From positions 1-43,672 of the forward strand of contig NIVC01004508.1 of NCBI GenBank assembly GCA_002269645.1: a stretch of 43,672 nucleotides of DNA. The letters run 5' to 3'. The stretch comes from Macrostomum lignano (Eukaryota). Positions 20,235 to 33,100 of the stretch are shown piece after piece. The stretch's first letter is position 1, and each line of letters starts with the position of its first letter. The translations under genes and the position numbers were made by a program. The notes beneath the pieces were generated by a model, which worked only from the letters and a program-made list of their open reading frames with translations, did not search any database and was not told the DNA's origin.

Positions 20235-20459
20235 TTACTTAAGACAACATGGTAGTAAATTTTTTATAACAAACAAAAACAATATTATTACTATAATTGT
20301 TACTAATATTATTATTGACATTTGTTCAACTGTTATCAAACTTAAATTTTCATTAAGTTCATTAATCGGCACATTTCCGATGTAGGAATAGTTTACCTTC
20401 ATTTTTTTATATATATTTTTCACAATAAATGTCGTTTCTGTTATAGAATAATAGTTCAT
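20235..20459 (-). CDS. Small single-TM protein (74 aa), C-terminal LLPCCLK
   Basis: Intact ORF with TAAAAAATG start; hydrophobic IIILVTIIVIILFLFVI segment. Confidence 0.6.
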   Translation of the reverse strand: MNYYSITETTFIVKNIYKKMKVNYSYIGNVPINELNENLSLITVEQMSIIILVTIIVIILFLFVIKNLLPCCLK

Positions 20460-20475
20460 TTTTTAAATATTTTTT

Positions 20476-20790
20476 TCACATAAAAATTTCACTTTCATTC
20501 TCTGAATCACTGGTTTCATATGAACTATTTGTTGATTCGGAATCTGTTGATCTAACCTCCCAATCATCCGAATTTAAATAATCTCCAAGTTGAAATATTA
20601 ACTCACCCTCTTGTTCTAAATCATACATCTCATCTAGCTCTAATGGATAAAGCTTTAGGTCATGCTTGTCGTCATATTTTAAATAAACTTCATCAATTAT
20701 TCCATTCAAAATATGTTGTTTTATTATCTCTGCATTTTTAGCAACAGTCTCAAAAGTATCACTAACAGAAAAGGTGTAAACTCGGGTCAT
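20476..20790 (-). CDS. Acidic hypothetical protein (104 aa), first gene inside the right TIR
   Basis: Intact ORF with CTAAAAATG start 18 bp from the TIR. Confidence 0.65.
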   Translation of the reverse strand: MTRVYTFSVSDTFETVAKNAEIIKQHILNGIIDEVYLKYDDKHDLKLYPLELDEMYDLEQEGELIFQLGDYLNSDDWEVRSTDSESTNSSYETSDSENESEIFM

Positions 20791-20807
20791 TTTTAGTAAC
20801 AGAAAAA

Positions 20808-21114
20808 GACCCTTCGCGCCTGCGGCGCGGGCAAGGGGTTATAGAGTAGTAGTATAGAAAAAGACGCTTCTAGATCAGACCTTATTTTAATGACCGTTTG
20901 TAAGGTCTTAAGAGGGGGGACGCGAGGGGAGTGTTGGGGAGTGTTTGGAAGTGTTGGGAATGATTTTTATTGTCAGGGGTGATTATGGGTGATTAGATGT
21001 GTTAAGGGTGTTTAGATGTGTTTTTTTATTTACCCCCCGTGTCCCCCCTCTAGACCCTTAAAACGGTCATTAAAAAAGTGCTCTGGGTCTAGAAGCGTCT
21101 TTTTCTATACTACT
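20808..21114 (-). repeat. Right terminal inverted repeat (307 bp)
   Basis: Ends ...GAAGCGTCTTTTTCTATACTACT at 21114; matches the left TIR. Confidence 0.97.
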
Positions 21115-21115
21115 G

Positions 21116-21502
21116 GCGAACAACACCAGCACTACTGAAGCTGCATCGTCTTCCGCGCCTTCCAGCCGCCGGCCTACAAATTCATGGAGTGAGACCTTAT
21201 TCCGGCTGTCAGAAAACCTCTTTGATGATAGCAAGCTCGAAGTTGATTTGCACACACAGGAGCAGCGGGATGGTCCATCGGCAACGAAACGGTTGCGTGC
21301 GACCGACCCAGAAGGCGACGCTTCAACGATTCCAAAGTCAAGTGTGCCGGATCTGAACCCCCGTCATGCTTTGTCTGGCTCTGGTGACAACGACTGCAAC
21401 ATCACCCGGATAGAGGTGCCAGGCTCGAACCCGCCTTCGCCGACAAATTCAGCTGCAGCAGTAGCAGCAGCGGATGCCGGGGTGGCGCTGCAGCGTCGAT
21501 AG
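21116..21502 (+). other. Open, GC-rich host-like reading frame starting immediately after the Polinton right end
   Basis: Stop-free from 21116 (ANNTSTTEAASSS...HTQEQRDGPSATKRLR...QRR*); may be an interrupted host exon. No domain recognised. Confidence 0.4.
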
Positions 21503-22000
21503 CAGTGGCAAAACGGAATGGTAGCAGATGGAGTGAGTAAAGATGCTGACTGATTGTTAGCTTGTTTGGTTGTTTGTTTGTTGCTTCTGTATTGTTAGTA
21601 TTAGCTATTGTCATTATTGTTATTAAAATGAGCTACTGAGTCGGAAAGAAGAAGCTATAAGCCGTTTTTTACCTACATGCTGCTGTCTACCGAGCATTCT
21701 GCTGTTATTGGCGTCGACATGGCCTTGCCTTTGGACAGTTCATTTTCTTCGTTTCCAATTCAAAAGTAAAAGAGCAAGTAACAGCTGGCTGGCTGGCTTG
21801 ATATTGAAGGGGGTGGGGACTGAAGTACACCTAATAAATAAGAATAAAAGCCTTGACTGGAATGCACTGTGTTTATTGTCTATGGCACGCACTCTACGAA
21901 GATTTTAAATGCTATTTAAGAAAGTTTTCTTTTTATCCTCTCTCTAAAACGAATGCGGAAGACGCGAATTGACTATTTATAGATTTCTAACTACTATATA

Positions 22001-22707
22001 TACCTTTTTACGTTCTATTTGATAAAAACTGCAACCAATTTGGCCACGGCTCAGCCTGACGCAGCCGCAGCAATTTTCCATAGACAGCCACCGCTAGCGG
22101 CAACCAATTTGTTAAAAACTGCGAGCTATTTTGCCAGCTTGAAGATAGCAGCTCAATAGCATAACAATAACGATAAAGAATGTTAACAATACATGCACGA
22201 AGTCAGAACATTATGTCCTCAGCATTCAAGCACCGATTGAAGTACGTCTGGGAATGGTTGATCCAGCGCAGGCACTTGAGAGGCGTGATGCAGTTCAGTG
22301 CTTGCTGCACTTCTCTCTTCAGAATGCGCATTCTGTGCTGATGCAGTGTCGCACCTGCTGCAGCAGCCAGTCCAGTATCTGCCAACTCTACCAGTTCGTT
22401 CATACGTGGTCACGATGTTCCTCACTGTCGGTTTCTTCATCCCCATCATTCTGCCAAGCTCTCTCCAGTCGTCGCCACTCCTGTACGCTCTCACGATTCG
22501 CTCTCGATCCAGCTGACTTATCTTTTGGTACGGCCCACGATTCGCCATCAGAGCAGCTGCTATCTTCAAGCTGGCAAAATAGCTCGCAGTTTTTACCAAA
22601 TTGGTTGCCGCTAGCGGTGGCTGTCTATGGAAAATTCTATGTCTATGGTCAGGCTGAGCCGTGGCCAAATTGGTTGCAGTTTTTATCAAATAGAACGTAA
22701 AAAGGTA
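22001..22707 (-). mobile_element. Internally deleted (non-autonomous) Tc1/mariner-superfamily DNA transposon
   Basis: TA duplications at 21999-22000 and 22708-22709; ~153-bp TIRs (TACCTTTTTACGTTCTATTTG...). N-terminal HTH MANRGPYQKISQLDRERIVRAY...KPTVRNIV is joined out of frame to a transposase-like C-terminal helix (ITPLKCLRWINHSQTYFNRCLNAEDI); DDE core absent. Confidence 0.9.
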
Positions 22708-22880
22708 TACTAGCATGCATATAAAAATGGATACATATATATGTTATTAATTGTGCATTAATCAACAGCAGCAGAAATAGAAGGATAAATCATTAGATCC
22801 ATCAACTGTATAATAACTAGCGAATAACAGATAATTATTATATATGAACTTTTACAACTGTTAATTAAACGTGCTCATTA

Positions 22881-23010
22881 GAGAGAGAGGGAGAGAGAGG
22901 AGAGGGGAGAGGGGAGAGAGGAGAGAGGAAAGAAGGGAAGAGATGAGAGGAGAGAGAAAAAGGAAAGAGTAGAAAGGAGAGATTAGAGAGTAGAGAAGAG
23001 AGGAGAGAGG
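22881..23010. repeat. GA-rich polypurine microsatellite-like tract
   Basis: About 130 bp almost entirely G/A. Confidence 0.9.
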
Positions 23011-23139
23011 CTTGTGCATGCTTTCGCGTCTCACTCACTCACTCACCGAAGAAGTTAGAGCAGCGTCCACAGGCATTTGCTGCCCGAAATTTGAATCAGC
23101 GGCGGTTGCGGCAGCCGCCTCCGCAAAGCTACTTATGAC

Positions 23140-23610
23140 TTATTGCCACTCAGTCTGCGTGGCGATGGTATGCATGTCGGGACGTACAGCACTCTGTTGC
23201 TCGTCTGCTGACGCAGCCGCCGTTGCTGCCTTTCTACCGCACACACCGCGGTGCTTGCGGATCTGCCGGACAAATGCGTTGCATCCGGCGGTGCACAGAA
23301 CAAGCCGCTCATCCTCATTATACACATTTGGCTCCATGGACAGCTCAAACAACTTCCAAAGGAGCGAGCGGCGAGCCTCTGTGTTGGCGGCGACCCAGCC
23401 GGCATCTGTTGGGTACATATGCGCTGGAAAAGCCTGCCGGGGATGCCAGTCCCGTAATAGGTTGTCAGCGTGGTGTCGCATAAAATGGCGCTTGCGCGAT
23501 GCTTTATTCAGTACCACCAAGCACACCAGGCAGAGTCCCGAATTACCGCCGGTACATATTGGCTGAAAGCATATTTTGATGCGAGCTCGTACTATGCTGG
23601 GACAGACCTT
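23140..23610 (-). other. Possible exon or TE fragment with a C2H2/BED-like zinc finger
   Basis: Open frame reads GLCLVCLVVLNKASRKRHFMRHHADN (C-x2-C-x11-H-x3/4-H). No further domain recognised. Confidence 0.35.
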
Positions 23611-24833
23611 TCAGAGGGGAACGAAAACGAAAGCGAGACGAAAAATACTTTGTCTATGGCAGTCACGAGCCAATAGGAAAGAACGGGGGGGGGGGAAAGG
23701 GATGTTAAAAGTGAAGATCGAGCGAGATAAAAAGAACTGGCTCAGATTAGCACTCCATTCTATTCTTTCCTCCATGGTTAAGCTCCGCTGCCAGCCGGCA
23801 TATCAGCCAGAGTACGCCCCAAAGCTTGGGGTTTCAGCCATAGACATTACTATAAGGAGGGGTGTCTGCCAAACAGACTCCAACACTCCAACTCATGAAC
23901 GATCGATTTAGCCGCACAGGACAGACTGCGAATTCGGGGTTTGTACCATAAACTAAAAAAGCAAAGACTGGCTGCCACATGCACTGGCGCTTGGTCTCCC
24001 CCACTCTGTCTGTGGGTCAGACTACCAAACGGGCAGTTTGGCCCATAGACAACTACTGTACCAACCGATTTGGTAAAAAGTGGAGCGGGGCGAGCGCGAG
24101 CCGAGGAGCAGCAAGAATTCATTTCCTAGCTCCCAGCTATACTGACTCTATGCATCTCTTCTTGGAAGCAGCAATTGGTCTTTCCAGCTATACTATATAC
24201 TTGGGTGAGTGAGCGCACGATTGGATATCATATACACTGTTGCTATATATTATGTATTTGTGTATTGACGAAGCCCATAAAGTTTTAATTTTCTTCTTTC
24301 CCTTCCGATTCGCAAATGCTAGCGAGTTACAATACGAAAGAGCATAGACCATACAACTACAAATGACATAATTCTGACATATGCATTGATACAAAACGGA
24401 ACTTTCTGTGAGGACGGGCAGACTTTACGGGCAGATTTGAAATTTCATGTAAATCGTGTGTCGACTAAGTACACAACATGCGTACAGTGTAGACCGCGTG
24501 ACAGTACAGTGCACACTTCAGGTACAGCTGTACTCTGAGCCCAAGCAGATCAACTGTATAATTTTTAGCCCTGCACGCACAGAAGTAGTGCAAAGTTATT
24601 TTTAGACCACATTCATCCAGCCAGTCTTGGTGCGCATTTCTTGGAAATGTATAAGTGGCCTGTGCGGAGCACTTCAGCAGTTTTTGCTTTTGTCCTTTGC
24701 GAAGTAAGATTAGATAGAAAAAATATGGTATATATACGCCATTTGCTGGAGCAAGATCAATGGCTGCCATTATTTTCTAGCGCTTTACGTATACTCTGAT
24801 AACCTTCTGAGCTAAATCGAAACGATAGCAAAA

Positions 24834-27800
24834 ATGTCTGCAAAAGCAGACTCTAAAATGGAGGACTACATTGCTGGTGAGACTATTAATTCAATCTCTT
24901 TTATAGGAATTCCCTCAGGACAGGAAAAGATAGGCCACTTTGGTTGGTTTTGATTTGCATACAGAAGCAAAATTTATGATTGAATAAGCAACTGTCAGGT
25001 GATAAGCGCCAAAATGAACGCCAGAAGACAAAACTGGATGGACAATCGGCAATAGACAAACAGCATGCAGTATCATGCATGATCGCCATGATAAAGATTG
25101 TTCAATTCGTAGTCTTGGGTTCGCTCGACTCAGGACCATCAGATGCAGCCTTCGACTTTCTAATCGCAGAAATTTAAATAACAAAACAAAACCATAATAC
25201 CTAAATTTAAAGAATTATTTAACTCCTCATTACAGAATGTCAGGCACTGAATCAGTGGGAGGCTGAAATCCTGACAACCCAGCGTCACGTGACCCATAAA
25301 GAGCGGCTGACATTTCCAACTGAGACGGGCAGTTCACAGAGCTATCGCATATTGCCGACAGAGGAAGGCAGCCTCAGTCTAGACGAGGCTGTGTTCACCC
25401 AGATGAAGCGGAGACACAATAATCAACTGAAAATGCGAGGCGCAATCACTCTGGATGCCTTCAGGGCCAAACTGCTGCAAGAGTTCACTGTGGTAGGTCA
25501 TTGAATCATTATTTTGTTTCCATGTTTCTACAAGTATTACAGTTTTTTAGGGCGTTGGCTTCAGTTTAGCATTCTTGAGGCTATACGTACATTCGTTTGC
25601 ACAAACCAACGTTGAATGTGCAACTAATAGCTGGCAGAGGAGCGGAGCACATCTTAAAAGTGCTTTGAGCAGTGTTGTGTTGTTTTTTAAGCCATATCTT
25701 ATATATTGCACGGCGCATTCGTACACCCGCGAGTGACTCATCAACATGTCACACTGACACTACTACTACTACCAGGAGGGATTGTGTGTGAAAGTAAAAA
25801 TATATGGAGAGAAAGGCGACCTGTGGATTTGGGGGGTGCCCCTCGTCCTTCATGCCCTTACACCTATCTAAAATAACAACACATTTCAAAACATCGCCGG
25901 TCTATAAAGAGAAGCTTAACGTTTTACATGACGTTAAACATATATCATATATAAGGGCTTTTCAATGAACATCCTTATAATCTCTTGAGCCACTGACTTT
26001 GGAGACAGCAAGCCTGGACCATAAATGAATAGTATAACTGGATCGCCAAAAGCTCGATTTAGGCACTAGGCACTCAACTAGGCACCCAATCTCGAAAGAC
26101 CGATCTAGATAAAAAAAGTTCAGAAATTAGGGCACCCTTAGCACTTGACTTTAATAAGTGTTGACTGAGCCTTCACTACCTGCCGACTATAGATATTGAT
26201 TTAGTCCATTAGAGTGCTGACCGTATCAGTTCCGTCTGGCTAAGCTCTAAGTCATTAACCTTTTGTTCATATGAACGGTAAGCCCCGAAAAGGTTATAAA
26301 ATAAGCTGCAGGAGTCACTTCTCAATATAGGCGCGACGAATGCCCATCATTCCGACAGAGACATCCTTAAGTATTTCAATTATTCCGTAATTACAAACCT
26401 AAAGCTTTGTTTAATAATGGCTAATCTCGCCTCCTTTCCAAAAAATGGCTGTGACTAAGAATGATAAGACCATGAAAAAAACAAGATGCTATATCACTTA
26501 GCCATAGACCGGAAAGACTTAAGAGCTTGTTAGTTTGCAGAGCGATGTCGCAAATCACACGGATACGTACGCAGACACACGTACATAGTGTACAGCGGCC
26601 CTGACTATATCGTGTTTTAGCATTTACTTTTTCTGTGCCTTAGACGTTGGCCCTCATGATTGTGAATTGCATGCACTACGACGAGTCCGAGGCCAAGTTT
26701 TATGCATCTGACTAAACAAGAGACAGTGCACGGAATCGAACCAGGGGTTTACTTACCGCTGAGCTGCTCTGGCTTTAGACTCTGCCCTCGGTTGGAATGA
26801 TATTAATTTCACCCCTAACTTTCTTCTTATCTTCTTCCTCCCTATTTCACACAGCCGAACGGTGACGCGCAGCAGCAACAAGAAAGCCGCAGTACAAGCA
26901 GCGACAGTTCAGCCGATACATTGGACTCAGCTGAAACGGCAGTCGCTTTTCGACGCGTGTTCGGTTTAAACATTCGTATTCGACCAGGAAATAAAACGTA
27001 CAAGAAGGACTTGCTGTTTGGAAGCTGCGACAATGGCAAGGCCGTGATTGACATCGGCCACGTATATGGCCAGATATACGTGCCCCTGGGCGAGGCAGCG
27101 AGCAGTGGTGAGCGTCGGGGTGAAAGTACGAGTATATTTGATAAATTTGAGATGCCTGTGCTGCCAACGTCTGCGGTGTGACAGGATTGCTTATTGAAGG
27201 TGGGGAGAGGCGCCTAAGCCACTGCAAAGGGGACGTTAAAAGCCACTGCAAAATGGGCGCGAAAGCCACTACAAAAAGGCGCGAAAGCAATTGATAGGGC
27301 GCACAAAAGGCTACCGAAAAGAGGCGCCAAAGCTACTGATAGGGGGCACAAAAGGCTACCGAAAAGAGGCGCCAAAGCTACTGATAGGGGACGCTGATTG
27401 CCTACCAATAAAGCTGGGTTAGTGTGAGCCTGTTGCTTCCCTCCCCTGGCTATTCCCGTGAATGTGGCGCATATTGAAAATGCATGCAAACTATTTCCAA
27501 ACCCAGACTCAGTGGAGGCCGAACTTCGCAGCTCAGCTCTAAGCAGTATAGTCGAACGAATCTCAACAGAAATTCAAAGAGGCCAACAGAAGAAACAAAG
27601 CCAAAAAAATTATGAAAGTTCTGGCAGCAGAGAATCGTCGACAGTTTCTGGTTCAGGAGACGCCGACTTAGCGGTTGCAGCCGCGGCTCGAGCAAGTAAA
27701 CTCAACCGCATCCTGGACCTGTTCGAGGGCGTGCAACAGGTGGACAATTCGTGCGAACCGACAGCCGGACCCGTCAATGTGGAGTTTCAGCGTCGTTTGA

Positions 27801-30080
27801 CTGAAAATCCCGCGTGCTACCGACTGTGCACGGTGAGATCCGAGCAGGGCGCTTCGGGCAAAGAAATTGGCGTGCCTGTTACTGAGCAGGAGGACGGCTT
27901 GAGTCGGATTGTGCTCAACAACCCCGGTCGCTGGCTGCCTGGACAGCAGGTAATAATGTGGGCTTTGTTGAAAGTGTAATTCTTTATGAACTCAAAACTG
28001 CGCAGTTTATTGCAGTCATTGTAGTAGTATGGTTGGGGTCCCAACTCCCACCCTGCATTTCCACCGCAGTTCAGAGCTTAATTTATGAAATAACCTTTTT
28101 TTCCAAACCATATATTTTAGCTTTAAGTAAAACCCTTCACAAATTAGCCTAATTAAGTTTTCTACATCTCTAAATTACCTGTCTTGGCGTACATTTAACT
28201 ACAGCGTTTAATCACAGTACATTCGAAGTATAAACGGACTTCTGCCTTGACTACTCACCACCAGGTGGTTGTGGAGCTCCTGGACGAGGTGCAGCCCAAC
28301 GGTGCATCCAAGGGCCGCGTCCTCGGCTACTACAAGCGCCAGTTGCGCTACAGCTTCCTCGGCCACCAGCAGCTGCAGAAACTCCTGGCTGAGCAGCCGG
28401 ACCGCTTCAAGATTTGCACCCTCGAGCTGAACGGCGTCCAAGGGGGCTCGGCGGTTCCGGTCGACCCCAGCGACCCGATCGCCCGCATCGAGATCAACGG
28501 GCGCGAGAACTGCGGCAGGGCCTGCGCCAACGACCAGGTGGTGGTGGAGATCATGGAGATCAAAGGCGCTGACCCGGCTAATAAAGAGGTCAAAGGACGC
28601 GTTGTTGGCATGCATCAGCAGGTGCGAATTTGTTAAGCTCTTTGTCGACTTATTTCTAAACTCTTAGGGCATCGATTGGTTACAGAAAATGGGTTTGGGT
28701 CGGGCATGCGGTCCTGAAAGTCAGTACTGTGAGAACTGTGACTGTACTGTCACAGCATAACATGCGCAACCTTGGGAATCACTCGGCCAACACACACATG
28801 TAAGTCGCTATGGGCTGAGAGCAGTCACGTGACTACTATTCCGTCCAATAGCGACTTGAATCGGGTGAATCCCTAGGTTGATGATAGGCCGGGTGAATCC
28901 CTAGGTTGCGCCCAAGCATGTGTCACAGTACTGTCAGAACTGTGACTTGAGTCTAAACAACTATCATTTAAAAAATTTCCAACGTAAAAATGAATCACAA
29001 AATGCTCAGTGCTTTATGAAAAGACAACTAATTTACAGTATTACAGAGCCTTCTCAATCACTTCTAACAGGCGGAGAAGCTGCGCTACCAGCTGTTTCTC
29101 TGCGAAGTGCTCAGCAGCGTTGGCGCACTGATGCGACCGTTGTGCGGCACCTTCCCGAAGATTAACTACGACAATTCGATTGCTCAGCATGCTTTGAAGA
29201 ATGAACCAAACGATTTGCTCGATGGACACCAAGAGCGCAGCAGCACAGGGCAGCAACAGGTGACTCAGAAACAAAATCATGCGCGAAACATTGACCGCGA
29301 CTTTGTGTCGGTCTTCTTACCGAAAAGGTGTGAGCTAATTTTTAATTACATTATATTGCTACTTTTGTTTAATAATTTCAGCAACGACGTTGAATGCATT
29401 TAAACAATTTTCAAATCTTACTAGGGATTCGACTGGTAAAATCTACTTTGAGCACGATCGCTATCAGCGAGTAAACAAAGAATTCTGCGAGCAGACTTTT
29501 CTGGTGTGCTTCGAGTATTGGCGTCTGGACAAGAACTACCCCATGGGAAAGGTGGTCTACGTGCTCGAAAGCACCGACGGCTCGCTGGCAGAGGCGTTCG
29601 GTCTCATCCAAATGCGACACCGGCTGCCTCGTCCGCTGCGAGATTCAAAGAAGCTGCGCAATCAGGTGGCTAACGTGCAGCAAAAGGACAACAGCATGGG
29701 TCTAAGGGACCGGCTCGACATGCGTAAGGTGCTCACCGTTACCATTGACAACCCGGACACGCGGGACATGGACGACGCAATCAGCTACGAGCGTTGCTAC
29801 TCAACAGGCGTAGAAACCGTCGGTGTTCACATCACCGACATCTGCGAGTTCATCGGCATCAAAGGCTCCCCGCTGGACCGTGTGGCTCGGGGTCGCCTCC
29901 GAACCATCTACCCGCCTAAGGTGGGCAAGTCGCAGCAGCAGGTGACACCCAACCACATGCTGCCGAAAACTCTGGCTGAAGACGTGCTCAGCCTCTGCGA
30001 AGGATCCGACAGGTTCTGTCTGAGTGTGCTCTTTAAGTTCAAGCGTGACGGAAAACACGTAAAAGTAAGATATCGCGCGC

Positions 30081-30117
<37 letters not shown>

Positions 30118-33100
30118 GGGTGTTTTTTGGTTGAGTGAGCACGTGCTATACTCAGCAACGATTGAAAAGTCGTCAGTGATGAATTTCTCTTGGACGATTC
30201 TGAAATAAAAGATACGAGAAAACTGATCGGAGTAGCTTTAATCCGTCCAACCCTCGCACACCGCTCCCCCCACTTTATTGCTCAACTCAAGTCGGCCGCG
30301 GCGTAGCTGAGTTGAGTCAATCGCAAAGAGGCGCAGAGGCGCAGAGATTGCAGAGATTTTTAGGCGTTGTGAAATTCAGGCGTTATAAAATTTAGGCGAT
30401 GTGAAGGAGGCTCTATCTTCAGTTTTAGGCGTTGTGAAATTTAGGTCTTATGAAAGCGTCTTGTGATTCGTATAGAGACAATTTTAGATTGCAGCGTTAA
30501 AGTCTGACTATCTAAAAATTCGCCTGTCTGTCTCGCAGAACGCCTGCGTAAGGAGAAGTATTAAGTACAACGTATAATCAGCAACAGTCAAAAGTTCCAC
30601 CTGTACAAATCACGCGTAGTTAGAGAGAAAACTTTCTTTTAAAACTCACAGTGAAAGGTGAGTAAAAATATTTTTGCTTGGTGAGGTGGAACTTATGACT
30701 GTTGTTGGGTTATATATTACCTCACACTCACAGACAGTAACCGTTGAAATGTCTGCAATGTAAATAACGCCACTCTATGTAGTTCTCTCGACTATCGAAA
30801 ACAACATAGGGCGTAGGCAGACGCTCTATTTGTAGTGGTGAAATTATCGATCGAGTAACGCCCAAATCCAATGCGTGCAGGGAATAGGGGGTTAGGTCCC
30901 CAGCCCCCAGCCAGGCCGATACAGTTTGCCTTTCCTCTCATATTTGACTTTAACTCTCTCCTTACGTCGTATTGCTCTGATATTGGCTGAGTTGGATTGA
31001 GCCTGCCCCCTAGGCACACGGTCTTTCGTCTTTCGTCCGTCTTGCGTTCACGTGTGTACGAGCTACGAGATAAATGCTTGCAGGCTGCAAACCTTAAGAA
31101 AGAGGAGTAATTTTTCCCTTGAAATATATTTGCTACATTAAATTTCAGTTATGCAACGCACAAAAACTAATATTTCTTACAAATTTATTTGCCAATGACG
31201 AATCGAATTATTATAGATATTTAGATATTCATGCAGTTAGTTATTTAAATAAATATAAAATTAATGCCTAGCTCTAGCTAAACCAGCCGACACGCCGACT
31301 TCAAATTCATTAACTAAGATTGTGTATGACATCTCAGATTCTATGCGGACCTGATGTAATCGAATTAGCTTGCAATTTTACCTACATTACCAACTTTTAG
31401 AGCCCTGCAAACCTCCTCTGGGAAAAGCCCGAGTTCCACCAGACCGTCATTCGCAGCGACCTCCGGCTCAACAAGATCGACGTGCAGCCGGTGCTGCTGG
31501 AGACCGAGCGCAGCGCCGACAGCTTCGGAGACCGCCTGACTCCCGACTTCGTGTCGATGCTGCGCTCTCTGTGGGACATCGCTCGACGCCTGCGGCTGAA
31601 GCGGCTTGGTGAGGCCGGCTTCCAGCTGCAGGATGACGACTTCTGCGACGACGACGACGAGCAGGGATCCATCGGGCGGACCTTCGAGACCAGCTGCCTC
31701 ATCGAGGAACTCATGGTGCTGGCCAACCTGTCGGTAGGTCAGTGGTTGGCAGAGCAGCAGCGGCCGGTTGTGGCTCGAGTCCAGGACGAGCCCCGACCTG
31801 TCGAGGTCCAGAATTGGCTCGGTAAATTCGGTCAGACGCTGGTGCACATGCCGCGACTGCAGCGCGATCTTCGAGGCCTCAATGTCTCGTTTAGTCTGTG
31901 CAACTTTCCGCTGTCTCTGTCTCGAGCTGACTATGACTTCATCATGAAGTACCAAATCGGTAGGCCTCGCGATTGCGTTCTACGGCTCATGCACGACAGT
32001 CGCCATCCGCACATGATGCTGGCCCTCAGTGAATGGTTCTCCGTCACACAGCCCGCGCACTACGCACCAACGGCGGACGAGACGTCAGCCAAAGAAGCTC
32101 GGCGAAAGGTGTACCACTTCAGCCTGCAGCAGGCGAACTATTTGCACTTTACAAGCCCCATGCGTCGCTATCCGGATATTGTTGTCCACAGGGCGTTCCG
32201 AGCGGCGATTAACAATCAGCAGCAAGGCCCGGCGACAGGAGAGACGTCCGAGAGTCTTAGCGATCTGTGCGACTCGCTTCGAAACCTGGAGCGTAGAGTC
32301 AAGATGTTCGAGAAGGACTCCATGAGCTACGCCTACGCCAGCCGTCTGAAGCGACGCCCACAGCAAGAGCTCGTGGTGTTGCGCTCCATCGATGATGGCG
32401 AGATGTCTTTCACGAGTAGCCGTCTTCGCCGCATGCCCAAGACACTCGGAGTCGTGAAGATGTCCAGCTTCGGACTGGATGCTCGACCTGAGCCTCGAGG
32501 ACTTGAAAAGTTTCGCTGCAAATGGAGCCGACGCATTTTCGTGCATTCTTCATGCGAAGACTCATCAAGCTACAACACTCCAGTACTTCATTACATTGGC
32601 AGTGAGGTTCGTGTTAAGCGAGACGTTTACGTCCAGCGCGTCAACTGCGATCCTGTAGTGAAGCTGCGCAAGGACTTCATAAGTTCCGGCGCCAATTACG
32701 AGTCAGTTCGGGGCCAGTTTCGCCAGCTGCAAGACGTTGTGCTTGAAGATCAAGGTGCGTGGATGATCACCTGTGAGAATGACCAGCTCGCTGTCGGAGC
32801 GAATGAACAGCTTCTGGTGTCGGGCAAGCCAGTCCAGTTCTACCGCGAGTTCGCGGTCGGCGATATCATGCGGCTGCAGTTCCGAGCACAGTTGCGTCAG
32901 GGCCTGCTAACGCCCAGCGTTGCGCTGATCGAAGTGTGCGGCAGCCACACGGTGTGCGTAACGCACAAGGACGATCCCGTGCGCTGCTTCGCGGAGGTGA
33001 CGGATGTCAAGTCCAAGCCCTCGTACCGCGACATCGACGAGTACGCGACCATCTGGCAGCGCATCGTGGCCATCGAGTCTGCCACCATCGCAGCATCGAC

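Larger units (their letters stand above)
3158..21114. mobile_element. Full-length Polinton/Maverick (adintovirus-like endogenous virus), 17,957 bp
   Basis: Long TIRs starting AGTAGT and ending ACTACT. AT-rich, gene-dense interior with no spliceosomal introns evident. Hallmark set of pPolB, rve integrase, A32/FtsK-like ATPase, adenain-like protease, MCP and penton. Confidence 0.98.

Noticed and set aside
26731-26773. Minus-strand tRNA-like A and B boxes (AGCTCAGCGG...GGTTCGATTCC)
   Set aside because: The anticodon arm is missing, so it is not a tRNA gene; at best a SINE remnant.
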